Assembly: GCA_010405405.1 (NCBI GenBank)
Contig: MU004233.1
Coordinates: 2,272,539 to 2,336,538 of the forward strand
Reading direction: 5' to 3'
DNA length: 64,000 bases
Source: Microthyrium microscopicum
Lineage: Eukaryota
Below the pieces are notes generated by a model. That model searched no databases. It was given only the letters and a program-made list of their open reading frames with translations, and was not told where the DNA came from. Positions 41,636 to 54,048 of the stretch are shown piece by piece; the first letter of the stretch is position 1, and each line of letters opens with the position of its first letter. Both the position numbers and the translations under genes were made by a program.

Positions 41636-42105
41636 AGTGTATTGTATCGTGGAGGAAATGGAATTGGAAAATACCCACGTTCTCTGTAGCCTTAGTATTT
41701 TGTCTAATAAATAACTTCAATTGAGTATACTGCTCAGCACTTCAATTCAAATTACTTTGTCGAATAAAATGGATACCATAAGTGGTAAGAGCTAAGTGTC
41801 GATGCAACTTGCCCATCATCTTTTTCTTTGATTTCATTAGGCTTACAGGTTTTTACCCCATAATACCCGACTACATGCCATACCATCTGAATCGCAGTAT
41901 CTAGGAGCGTTGAAGCATGGAAAGTCTCAGGAAATGTCCATTGTTCACTGTTCAGCCTAATAGACAAGTTCAGCCTCATCACGTGGTAGCAACCCTAAAC
42001 CCTCGAAGCTCAATCTTCAACTCCCGAACTTGAGCGAGGTCCTCCGAAATCTCTATTGAAGAAACGTCCACCTCCCATTGCGCTCCTCAACACATCTCAA
42101 TCACA

Positions 42106-42871
42106 ATGAGCGCTTTGCGAATCGCCAGATCTGCGCTCCGCGCGCGCCCTACGAGCTTCCGCACACCTCTTTCGCGCCGTGGCTATGCCGATGTAGCCTC
42201 CGACAAGATCAAGCTCTCCCTTTCTCTTCCTCACCAGGTATGTTGAAAGACTGGCAAAACATGGACAGGAGCCAATTTTGTGGTTGATTGGTGTTTATTG
42301 AGATATAATTGAGCTAACGGATGTCTTTTCTAGTCGATTTTCAAAAGCACCGATGTGTATGTCGCGAATCTACGAACCCTTCACGAAGTTGCGGAAAGCT
42401 AACATACATGGTGTAATCAGCGTCCAAGTCAATCTTGCAGCGGAGACGGGTGATATGGGTGTTTTGGCAAATCATGTTCCTTCGATTGAGCAACTGAAGC
42501 CTGGTCTCCTTGAGGTCATTGAGGAGAGTGGTGGAAGCAAGCAATTTTTCCGTATGCATACACAGAGCGAGCGTGGAAGAACAATACCGGAAGACTGACC
42601 GATTAATAGTTTCCGGAGGCTTTGCTGTTGTACAACCGGATTCTCAGCTCAGCATCAACGCTGTCGAGGGTTTCGCATTAGAGGACTTTAGCGCTGAGGC
42701 AGTCAAGAACCAGATCGCTGAGGCCCAGAAGGTTGCGTCAGGAAGTGGAAGTGAGACGGATATTGCAGAGGCAAAGGTTGAGCTCGAGGTAAGTGTATCT
42801 CTACTTGAAAAGATCAAAGCTAACAAATTATTGTACAGGTTCTCGAAAGCTTACAAGCTGCGTTGAAGTAG
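42106..42871 (+). CDS. ATP16: Mitochondrial F1 ATP synthase delta subunit
   Basis: Presequence ...RRGYADVASDKIKLSLSLPHQ, QVNLAAETGDMGVLANHVPSIEQLKPG, SGGFAVVQPDSQLSINAVE, IAEAKVELEVLESLQAALK*. Four introns. Confidence 0.96.
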
Positions 42872-43572
42872 ATATTGTAGAGCATGATTTTGTAAAATAT
42901 GCTTCGTCCATATAGGAAGCCATCAATTTTCACACTGTAGCATTTCCAGATCTGCTCCCCAATGTCGTCCATTGTGCCATTTCTTGAAAGAGCTATCTAA
43001 AAATGGGAAATTACCGAAGAAGGTACATCAGGGGAACATCAACAAGGCAGGCACTACTAGGTTGTCGTCAGGTAATGTGTATTGTCTCATGCAGACTTCT
43101 GTCTCTGCTAGCCATTCAACAACAAACAGCTTGTCGCAGGAAACGACACGTTCATTCTTTCCTGGCTTGGTCCATTGATTAACTTCTAGAACTCCCCGAT
43201 TTTGTCTCACCATATATTTGATCGCATATATCACTCTTTTATTGCTTTACACCTGCATGACCTTACCATATCAGCGTTGAGGCGATATATCGTCGATTCA
43301 ATAATCGAATTCTCGCTCCTTTGAGCAACAGATTTCTTTTCGACTAGCTCATCCATTGACGTTGTGTCTCTTCGACCTTTTACTCCTCTTATCTTCAGAG
43401 AAAATTCATATCTGTCACCATCACCAGACGACTACCATCCAAGACCAGATCTGATGCAAGTCAATTGGACGCAAGGTCAAAGCGAGCGCTATTCTCCAAT
43501 TTACAGACGACCGTTTCCTCAAATTTGGAATGATATAGGCGCCTCCTATGCTTCCAGTTTTTCCCCTGATCA

Positions 43573-44508
43573 ATGTTTCTTGTACTGTTATTGGATATCA
43601 AGTATCCCCTCGCTGCTTTTCTGTTTTTTCTGTGCTCTCAGCGGTCGCACAAGGGCCAATTTGGCGCTCTGATTGTCCTGCTGAGCGTTCTCTACTGGTA
43701 TACGGCGAACGAAATGTCGAGACACATCTCCAGATTTATTCCCCAAGGGACCGTCCGCCGTGATATTGAGTATTGGGAAGAGCGGTCCCGGCAAGTCTCG
43801 CCAAATGGCTCGTTATCTGCTGGTCCTCGCCGCCGCCGTCATAGAAGTCTTCCCCCTAAACCGCCAGAGCCAGCGTCACCAGACCTTCGAGAGGGCTTGC
43901 GGCACGCTGAGCCATCAGGACCACATTTTAAGGATACGAGCTGGACACCCCCACCTCTTCGGCACATCTCACGTCGCCAAACGAAATTCTCTTCCGAAAT
44001 CGACGAGAGAAAAGCGAAGCGGCCGGTCGCTAAGCATTCATGTGGTCACTACCAGCAGATCGCCACTGTTGGGGTGCCACATGGAGAAGACCACCCGAAG
44101 ACAATTGCAGACACCGGCAATGGATACATTGTAGTCGGACCAGCATTTGTCGCCGAGAAGGATAAAGCCCCTGAGGACCAGCTGAGAGTACCGCAAAAGT
44201 GCCCAACCTGCCACAGCAACGATATTACTACAGAGCTTATGAAGGACATTAACGAATTGCTGGTTTCATACCGCGGCGAAGAATTGGCGCGACCAGAATC
44301 CCCCGTTTCCGAAACATCATCGACTACCTCGGAAGAAGTTGTTGAAGAGAAGCTCCCATACACCACCGCACAGATAGAGGAACTGGTGGATAGGGCCGCC
44401 TGGGGACTCGCTATGGCAGACGCGGAATGTGGGAACTTCCCGTCCTTGGGTGCGCGTGTAGCTGCCGCAGAGAGATGGGTGCGGTGGTCTACACGTCGCC
44501 CTCTATAG
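43573..44508 (+). CDS. Hypothetical protein with HSCGH...CPTC possible zinc-binding motif
   Basis: 311-codon ORF with protein-like composition. True start uncertain (43573 or 43713). Confidence 0.55.
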   Translation: MFLVLLLDIKYPLAAFLFFLCSQRSHKGQFGALIVLLSVLYWYTANEMSRHISRFIPQGTVRRDIEYWEERSRQVSPNGSLSAGPRRRRHRSLPPKPPEPASPDLREGLRHAEPSGPHFKDTSWTPPPLRHISRRQTKFSSEIDERKAKRPVAKHSCGHYQQIATVGVPHGEDHPKTIADTGNGYIVVGPAFVAEKDKAPEDQLRVPQKCPTCHSNDITTELMKDINELLVSYRGEELARPESPVSETSSTTSEEVVEEKLPYTTAQIEELVDRAAWGLAMADAECGNFPSLGARVAAAERWVRWSTRRPL

Positions 44509-44599
44509 GACGGGGAGATAAAGGCGCAGGCTTTGAATTTGCAGCCACATCATCGTTGGAGGAAGGTGGAGGTGCTGGTGGAGGTTTGATATACTAAAT

Positions 44600-44715
44600 C
44601 CCCTATGCTATCGCCCTATACTGTCCTATGCCGTCTTGTATCTTTATACCGTCCTGTATCTCTATACTGTCCTATATCCCTATCCCGCTTTATACCCCTC
44701 CATCCTTATACTTAG
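44600..44715. repeat. Degenerate short tandem repeat (CTATAC/TGTCCTAT-like units)
   Basis: ctatactgtcctat occurs twice, among related variants. Confidence 0.4.
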
Positions 44716-46480
44716 GTACCTGCCCCAATATAGTATATGACTCCCCTTAGCAATATCCGATAGTTTATACCTAAATGATAGCCAGTTCAACTTGCTTGAG
44801 CTTCTTTCGTGAAATTGCATCTGGTGTCCATCAAGTAACTATTCCCTCAAGCACGTTCTTATTACTGTGATCATTATCGGGAGCCGATGCAGTGATTCGA
44901 TCTGTCGCGCCGAACGTTGCAGGGTGCTTGAGAATGGCAGAAAGAGGGCTCTAGTTTGGCAAGTAGGCAAGGTAAGAAATCTAGCATGCTCTACCCCAAA
45001 ATCAGCTTATGAACACAAAGTAGACGCGCTCAATTTGGGCACAGGAATTGATCACATGATCGGTCATAATCGCTTCAGACTTCTTTTCAAACTCAGTTCG
45101 AACACTAGGAGTCTTTTTCGGCTATTATGCAGAATTGTTGCATTGTAGTCTTGTAGAGCTGGTCTTTGTTTCCTCCACACTTACTGACTTGGCGTCATGA
45201 TAGCATTTTATAGCTGCATTGAAAGGCACTCGCACAACGACACCATAGCTGTTATGTGCACAAAATTTACGACGTGACAAGCATGAGCGTAGCATTCTCA
45301 TCCAGCCCAGATGATGCGGCGAAAGATTCGTAGCAGGGTCATGCTAAAAGGTAGGATTTCATGGATCGTAGTATTGGGACACGGCCTCCATTTTGCCTGT
45401 CATCAGTTCAATCAACGATGATAGAACAGATTTGTCCATACAGACTCTCGAACCCAATGTGAAGATAGAGAACCTCAGACTGGACTTCAAAGTTCAGACC
45501 AATCAATCTACATACGGGTGGTAGTTGCATATCAATGCTTAAATATGGAAGCTAGAAAGATCACGCACACATGTAGAGATGATCACACGATCCTCTTATA
45601 GTTCTTGGGAAAAATGGTTCTGCATGCGAACGATGAAGTGAAGTTGGGCATCAGGCATAAAACTTTGGTAGGAACGTGCCAAAAACGTGCCATCTCTCTC
45701 CTCCTGGCTCACCACGAGGGGGAAAATGTGGGTATGGAAGTTGCGACCCAATCGTACCAATCCATTTCTCAACTCTAACTCAACTTCCAAAAAGTTTAAT
45801 TGTGGCCCTATTTTGAACACCTAACTTGATTTGGACAAGAGTTCGCAGCTTTAGAGAAATGATTGCCACCCGGATCAACTCTTTAAGGTTAATCGATTCA
45901 TGAAATGTCTGGCACATTCCACGTGTACTTGTAGTTTCATCCTTTCCATCGGGAGCAGGAAGAATGATAATAATCAAGAACTTGCTCTCCCGATTCTCGA
46001 AAAATTACGAGTATCGATAGGAGCACAGTAGGTGTCCTAACTCACGGCGCAGGGGCAATTTAAGCACATAACCACTATTCCTTACCAAAATAGCCTATTT
46101 TTAAACCTCTCTCCCTAAGTAATAGAAGAATATTACTTTATAAAACTTATAGAAAAGATAAAGATAGGTTTTCTCTTTTATTTAACCCTATTTTAGTAGA
46201 AGTACGTTAGAAAGTAGCTTTACTATATATCTTAAAAGAATTCTTCTAGTAAAGTTAGCCTACTTTTTAACTTAGTCGTTTGAAAACCTCTAAAATTTAT
46301 TAGAGAAAAACTTTAACTAGATATATCTCTATAACTATAAGACTTATTATAACGTCCTCTCTTAAGCTTAGAGAACTAACTTATATCTAAGTTCTAGAAG
46401 AGTTTTAAAGAATGATATCTTGTTTCCGTAGTTATATAAATTGTTGAAAAAGGCGATTTTAGTAAGGATTTCGTCTATAG

Positions 46481-46642
46481 TGTTGGGGGTTAAACCTCCT
46501 AAAGCTATGCCCATTTGGGCTACCCCTATTATATATAAACATCTTAATTAAAGAGTCTCTTAACTCTTTTTTCTCTCTAAGTTACCTTCCTATTTAGTAG
46601 GCTTATAATATAACTTATCTCTTCGTTATTTAACCTATAATA
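46481..46642 (+). repeat. 5' LTR
   Basis: TGTT...ATAATA. Aligns without gaps to 53887-54048 with 16 differences, all transitions. Confidence 0.95.
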
Positions 46643-49600
46643 TTAGGTAACTTTAAAACTAACTCCTCTTTTTACCTACTTTCTCTTTATTTATTAATAA
46701 ATAACTAAAATAGTAGACTAAGATTTCTCTTACCTAACAACTACTAGATAGGATAAAGAAACGTCCTCTAAGGGCTTTACTCGTAAGAATATAGAAGCGT
46801 ACTTTATATATATTAATTAATAATAGATAGAGCTATAGAACTACTTAAATATATCTTAAGAGATAACTAATAATAGCTTATAATAAGTAACAAATAGTAT
46901 TTTACTACTTAACGATACGCTTAATTTATTTATTTTATAATTATATATAACTACTACTAGTTATAGATAAGCTCTATAATAACTAAATAAGTTAACTAGT
47001 AAAATTTATATATAATTAAATAAGAATACATAATAGATTATAATAGTCTATATTAAACTTTAGACTTAAGTTAATAACTAGAATAAATAGCTTACTAATA
47101 TCTATACTAGTAGTAAAATCCTTATATAATAAGTAAATAATACTATTTATAAAATATTAACCTAGTAGTAATAATAAGAATAAAAATAACTCTAGAAGGA
47201 ATCTATAATACCTAGTATAACTTTTTTTTTAATATTAGCTATACCTTTTACTAGAGAAACCTCTAACTATAGCTACTATTCTCCTCTAATTCTATAAACT
47301 AATCCTTCTTAGACTCTAATTATAATAGTTAGATTAGTAGCTTCTCCTTTACCTCTTCTAATAAATCCTTTAGCTATTTAATATAAGCTACTTTAACTAC
47401 TACTATAAAACCTTTAACTAGCTCTCCTAAACTTAGAATAATATTTATATAAGGACTTAACCCTTTATCTTAGTTTTTACTAAATAATTAAAGTAAAATT
47501 ATATATTAATAGATAGATTTATATAGATAACTACGCCTAAATTTACTATATATTTAGCTAGCTTATAAGAAATACTACTTAATAAGTCTTTTCCTAAATC
47601 TAGAATTCTACTAGCTATAGTATTATAAGTTTTAGTAAGTTTATAAAATAAATAGACCTTCTCTTTTATAACCTATATAAAGAAATAAGAGCTTTAGTAA
47701 ATCTCTAAGGAATCTAATAAGAAGGTAGAGAATAAAGAATCTTTTAAGCTAAGTTTTAGTAGTATCTTATCTATATTAGAGTATAATTTTAGGCTACTCC
47801 TATTTAGATATAGTTCTTAGAAAACGCTATAGATTTTAGTCTTAAGATAGCTTTAATTACTTACTTCTAGCCTAATAATTTAGATATCTTTACCTAAGAA
47901 GCTTTAAAGACTTAGGATTAAATAGTTTAAGCCTATATAAGCTATTATAGCCTAAAAGGCTTAAGTACTAAAATAAGTACTTAATAAAGTTAACTATCTA
48001 AGAATTAGGACCTAAATATAATAAAAAGCATCTAAGTTAGAGCTAGCTAAGCTTAGCGTAACTACTATAAGTAAAATAACCTTTATTTTTACTATAGCTT
48101 AGTTAATTATAAGATTTAGAATTATAAATAGGCGCTTTAAGTATTATCTAGAAGTTAGAATTCTTTTTATAGCTAGGCTAGCTATAAATAAGAATAAGGT
48201 AGAGAAGGTATTATTAAAAGTAGATACCTATAAGATAATATTAATAGATTCTAGGCTAGTACTACTAATACTCTAAACGTTTCTTAAAGTAGCTAGCTAG
48301 TAAGGGCTACTACTACTTAGCTAAGAAATAATAATTCTTATAATAATCTATATAATGTTACTAATATAGAATTAAAAAACTAGTAAGCTTAGATTAAAAA
48401 CGTAATACTAAGCTAGAAAATTATAAAAATATTATTTTAAGATAGCGTTAAAAGTTTTTTACTTAGAATATAGTTATAGAGCTCTTTTTAATACTTTTAA
48501 TAATAAATTAACTTTCTTTATATATAGGCTTTATTAATAGTAGCTACTTAACCTATTTTTTTATAAGTCTCTACTTTACTTAAAGATATAAACTTAAATA
48601 TATATTACTACCTTAGGTAATTCCTATTAAAGAGATAAATAATAAGGCTAAAGAAATCTATAAAATAGTAATTATAAAGATTAATATTAAAGACTATAAA
48701 GAAACTATTTAAGCCTTTATAGTAAAAGAGACCCTAAGCTATAATATAATTCTTAGCTTACCTTAGATAAAGAAATAGAATATTATTCTCTATATAAAAC
48801 CTAAGAAGCTAGTCTTTAACGAAATAGGTTATATAGTTATAAGTCTAAAGACTTTTTAAAAAAAGTATAACTATATAATAATTAAGGCTATAGTATTTAA
48901 GATACTTACTTAATAAGCTAGAAAGTAGGCAAAATAATCTTAAGAAAGCTTAATACTAATTATATAAGTCTTTACTATAAGTTTTTATAACTTATAAAAA
49001 GCCCTTACTTTAAAAAAGTATATTAACCCTTATAAGAAGTTTCCTAAATAGTATTTAGATTACCTTAACCTCTTTTAAAGAGAGCTAGCTAATAAATAGC
49101 TACTTATTTAAGGCTCTTCTATAGACTATAAGATTAACCTAATTCTAGACGCTAATAGAAAAAAACCTTAGTTACCTTAGTAGGTATTATATTCTATAAA
49201 TTAAGATAAATTATTAGCTCTTAAAAAAATTCTTAATAATTTACTAAAAAGTAAGTTTATTTAAGTAAGTAACTTATCTATTAGAGTACTAGTTCTCTTT
49301 ATTTATAAAGTAGATAGATTAATTTAGTTTTATTATAACTACTATATATTAAATAAGTTAACTATAAAGAACTATTACTCCTTACTACTTATTTATAAAA
49401 TACTAAACATCTTAGGAAAAATATAATAATTTATTAAGCTAAATGTATCTTAAGTATTCTATAAGATTTAGATATATAAGGGTAATAAGTAGAAGATAGC
49501 CTTTTAGATATAATATAGCTTATTTAAATAGATAGTAATACTATTTAGGTTATTAAATACTCTAAGCACTTTTTAAAGGTTTATTAACTCTACTCTTTAA

Positions 49601-52600
49601 AATATCTTAAATAACTACGTTTTTATATATTTAAATAACGTCTTAATCTTTAGCTTAGGTACTAAGAAGTAATATAAAGCCTACGTCTATAAAGTCTTTA
49701 AGTAGCTATAAAAAATAAGATTCTATCTTAATATTTAAAAGTATAAATTTATAACTACTTAAATAATATATTTAAGCTATATTATTAAGGTTAAATAAAG
49801 AATCTTAATAAACCTAGCTAAAGTTAAAGCAATCTAAGAATAAGAGGCTCTTAAGAATATTTATAAAGTTTAAGCTTTTCTTAGCTTTACTAACTTCTAT
49901 TATAAGTTTATACTAAACTTTTAAATAATTATAAAACTTCTTATTTAACTTACCTAAAAAGACGTTTTCTTCTTATTTAAAGACTTAGAGAGAGCTATAT
50001 TTAAAAAGCTAAAATAACTCTTTACTACTAACTAAATACTAGCCCTATTTAACTATAATAAAGAGACTCTTATTTATACTAACTTTTTTAGTTATTCTTT
50101 AAGAGCTATACTAGTATAAAAGAATAAAATAAGTAAGTTTTAACTAGTAGCTTATTTTTTTAAAAAGTATAACTCTACTTAAAGTAACTATCTAATTTAT
50201 AATAAAGAAATACTTATAATTATACTTACTCTAAAAGAATAAGACTTAAAGCTATAAGTAATAGAAAAGTTTAAAGTAATATTTAATTATAAGAACTTAG
50301 AGTATTTTATAAAATTATAAAAGCTTATAGAAAAGTATATTTAATAGTCTATTAAACTTATAAAGTATAATATAATAATTAAGTATTAACTAGGCTTATA
50401 AAATAGCGTAATAAATAGTTTTTCTTATTATAAATAAGATATACCTTAGGACGTAGCTAATAAAAGAATCTAGGCTAAAACTTTCTAACTACTTTATATC
50501 TAAAGAAATTAATTACTTAAACTATTATAAGCCTTACTTATTTATATTACTATCCTTCTTATAATAATTAAAAATAAATTAGTAAAGACTCTATTAGCTA
50601 ATAAAGCTCTAATTTCTAGTTTATTACTATTAATATTAAACGTCCCTAAACTATTAGTAACCTAATAAAATAAAGTAGTATAGGTTAATAATATCTATTA
50701 AGTAGCCTATTAAATAATTAAAGCTAGTAAATAAAAGTTTTCTTTATTAATTATAAGTATTAAGATCTCTATTCTTAACTACTTAATTAATAGTAAGAAT
50801 TATCTTTACTAAAGAGGATAACTATAAATCCTAAATCTAAAACCTTTATAAATAATAATACTATAAGTAGCTTATACGTTCTTAACCTAAGGCTATCTTA
50901 GCTATAAAGGTACTTACTAAGCTTTATAGTTATACTTCTTCTAGCTTAGAATTATAGCTAATATAAAGTATTTTATAAAAAATTATAGTATATATAGCTA
51001 ATTAAAGGTTAGTTATAAGTAGAAAAGAGGCTTCCTAAAGCCTTTACTTATTCTAAGTTAATAATAGTAAGAACTATTAATAGATTTTATAATAAATCTC
51101 TCTTTATTAAATAAATATATAATCTTAATAATTATTACTAATTAGCTAAGTAAAAGAGTAATCTTAATCCTCCTTACTTAGAGAAAAGCTAAAAATGTTA
51201 TAGCTATTTTCTTATAATGCGTCTATTCTCTTTATAATATTCCTAATATAATTATCTATAATTATAATTTAATATTTATAAGAGACTTCTAAATAAAGTT
51301 CTATACGCTACTATAAATAGAGCTATAGCTATTAACTATATTTTATTCCTAAATAAATAGCTCTATAAAATAGTAGAACTTAGATATTAAAGCTAAAATA
51401 TAAATATATATAAATTATATATAATTAAACTAGTTCTTATTAATACTAATACTTTAACTTATACTTAACTTATAATGCTTATTTATAATAAAACTCTTAC
51501 TCTTCTTTTTATTCTATAGCTTTAAAAACTTTATCTTTCTAAACTTCCTTAAGTAAGCTTTTTTATCTAAATAGAAGAATACTCTAAAAGAAAGAGAGGA
51601 AAAAATTACTTATATAATTTTAAAAGCTATAAAATAAGCTTAAGATACTATAACCCTTACCTAAGAAAGGATATAAGAATAAGTTAACTAAATAAGGATT
51701 TAAACGCCTAAGTATAAAGTTAGTAATTAGGTCTAGCTAAACCTAAAAAATACTAAGACTAAATAAGTAAAGAAGAAATTTAATTATTATTACTCTAAGT
51801 TCTAAGTTATAAAGGTAGTAAGCTTATATATAATTATATTAAATACGCTATAAAGAACTAAGAAATTCTATATTAACCTACTTAAACTAATAATAAATAA
51901 CCTATTTCTAAGTTAAGATACTAATAATTTTTATTTACTACTAATCTTAATTAAGAACTTAGATAAAGAGAAATAAGAGAAATAGCTAATAGAGGAAATT
52001 ATAGCTAAAAAATATAAGAAGATAATAAAGAGCAAACTTTATATAGTCTATATTATTAAATAGGTAAGTTATTTAGATATAATAAAAGAACTAATTAACT
52101 TTATTAAATAGTTAAAAGCCTATATAAAGTAAATAAAGAAAATAAAGTATATATAAGATAATTATAGAAGATTAGTACTAAACTAGTCTATTCTTTAAGT
52201 ATAACTAAGATTAAAAACTAGCTCTCCTATTATAATAATTAACTCTATAGAGATATAATTAAAGGTGCTATCTATAATCTATGTATAAAAATACTTTTCT
52301 TTTATTTATACTAAGACCTCTTTTCCTATTAAATAAAACTAGAAAATTATAAAAATATAAGAAAACTAAAAAAATAAGATACGCCTAATAAACCTTTACT
52401 ATTAAAGAAAATAAACTTAAGTAGTGCCTTAAGGCATAAAAGGACTAAAGTAAATAGTTAATAGTAGAAAATTCTTATTCTTCTTAGTAACCTTCTTCTT
52501 ATTATTATAAAGATATTTCTTATCTAAGCTAATATTATTATTATAGATATAGTTTAAATATATATTATTATAAAATCCTAAAAGCTAAACGTAATTTATA

Positions 52601-53886
52601 TATTATAGCTAATTCTTTAAATTAAAATAGCTAACATAATAAATATAACGCTACTTCTTATAAGTCTTATTTTGCTTATTTTTAGTAAGGAATTATAAGA
52701 TACTTATATAATAAATACTTAAGGCTTTAAGATAACTAGTTTAGCTACTAGTTAACTAAATCGTACTAAGAAAGTTCTAATAAATTATAATATTATAAAC
52801 GTTAAGCTATAAATTATTAGTAAACTTCTTAAAGAAGGCGTTTAATAAGTTAAGACGCTTATTAAAGAAGTTAAAAAAATAGTTAGCTATAATATAAAAG
52901 GCCTTACTTTATAAATATATTAATATAAATTAAGAAAGGCTAAAGAAGTACGTATAGTTTAGTTAATATAAAGTGCCTTAAATAAAGTATAGTTTTATAA
53001 ATTATAGTAGTTAATAACTATATATACCTTTTTATATTAAAGAGTAGTTAATAGATAAGGATAAGGGTTATAAATAATATTATTCTAATAATAAAGTAAG
53101 ACTTAGTTAAAAAGGTAAAGGCCCTTATTTATGTCATTCTAGTAAGCCTTATATATAGCTACTTTATATATAGTAGGTAGATAAGATTAAGAAGTATTAT
53201 AATTAGTAATATATATATAAGAAGGGGTAATAGTAATAAGGATATAACTATTAAAGCTAATAGTATTATTAAAAGCGTTAATAATTAGGGTAGCTATCTC
53301 TATACGATTAGTAAAGCTATAGCTACTATAATAAATAACTTACCTAATTAATTAATTAATTAATTAATTAACTAAGTAAGGAAGAAGAAACTTAATAAGA
53401 ATTAATTAGAAGAGAAGAAGCTTATTTAAAATATAATAAAGGAAGAATAGTTAACTCTATAGAATAATATTACTTTATACCTTTTAAATATATAGGTAGA
53501 AGTATAGTAACTTAACTATAGTTATATTCTTCTAATCTTATTCCTTAATATTATAATAGAGCTTTAACTAAGTATAAATAAGATAACCTACTAATTAAGT
53601 AACCTTTATAGAATTATAACTAAAAAGAATTAATATTATATACTAAGAAAGGAGCCTTATACCTAGAATTTAGTCTAAAATAGGTAAAATACTAGTATAG
53701 AACTAATAGTTAATAACCTAAGCTTTATATTTTATATCTAAAAGTAAATATATAGATCTATATATTATAAATAGAAGCTTTATTATAAACTATAAGAATA
53801 GTAAGCGTTAAATATAGCTAAATAAGATTAGGATCTTATAATTAACTTAGTATTTTAGCTAGAATTTTTTTAGATAGAGGAGGTAA

Positions 53887-54048
53887 TGTTAGGGGTTAAA
53901 CTCCCTAAAGCTATGCCTATTTAGGCTACCCCTATTATATATAAATACCTTGATTAAAGAGTCTCTCAACTCTTCTTTCTCTCTAAGTTACCTTCCTGTT
54001 TAGTAGGCTTACAATATAACTTGTCTCTTCGTTATCTAACCCATAACA
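53887..54048 (+). repeat. 3' LTR
   Basis: TGTT...ATAACA (canonical TG...CA), preceded by the polypurine tract AGATAGAGGAGGTAA. Confidence 0.95.

Larger units (their letters stand above)
46481..54048 (+). mobile_element. Full-length Ty3/Gypsy (chromovirus-like) LTR retrotransposon, heavily RIP-mutated
   Basis: 162-bp LTRs; TSD TATAG/TGCAG; purine tract before the 3' LTR. Motifs recoverable by undoing G>A/C>T: protease IDSGC (~48530) and YDxILGLPW (~48740), RT MPFGLSNAPSTFQ (~49540) and YLDD read as TAT TTA AAT AAC (49628), RNase H NYPIYDKE/DHKNL (~50190-50300), integrase FHPQTDG (~51340), chromodomain-like IKW.GY (~52055). Order PR-RT-RH-IN. Confidence 0.92.

Noticed and set aside
46024..46062. 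CACAGTA resembling the RAG recombination-signal heptamer CACAGTG
   Set aside because: No nonamer at 12- or 23-bp spacing, the other end differs, and the flanking duplication is 4 bp rather than 5; a RAG/Transib call is unsupported.
46060..54000. AT-rich block as a centromere or mitochondrial insertion
   Set aside because: Explained by one RIP-mutated LTR element with recoverable pol motifs, flanked by normal genes.
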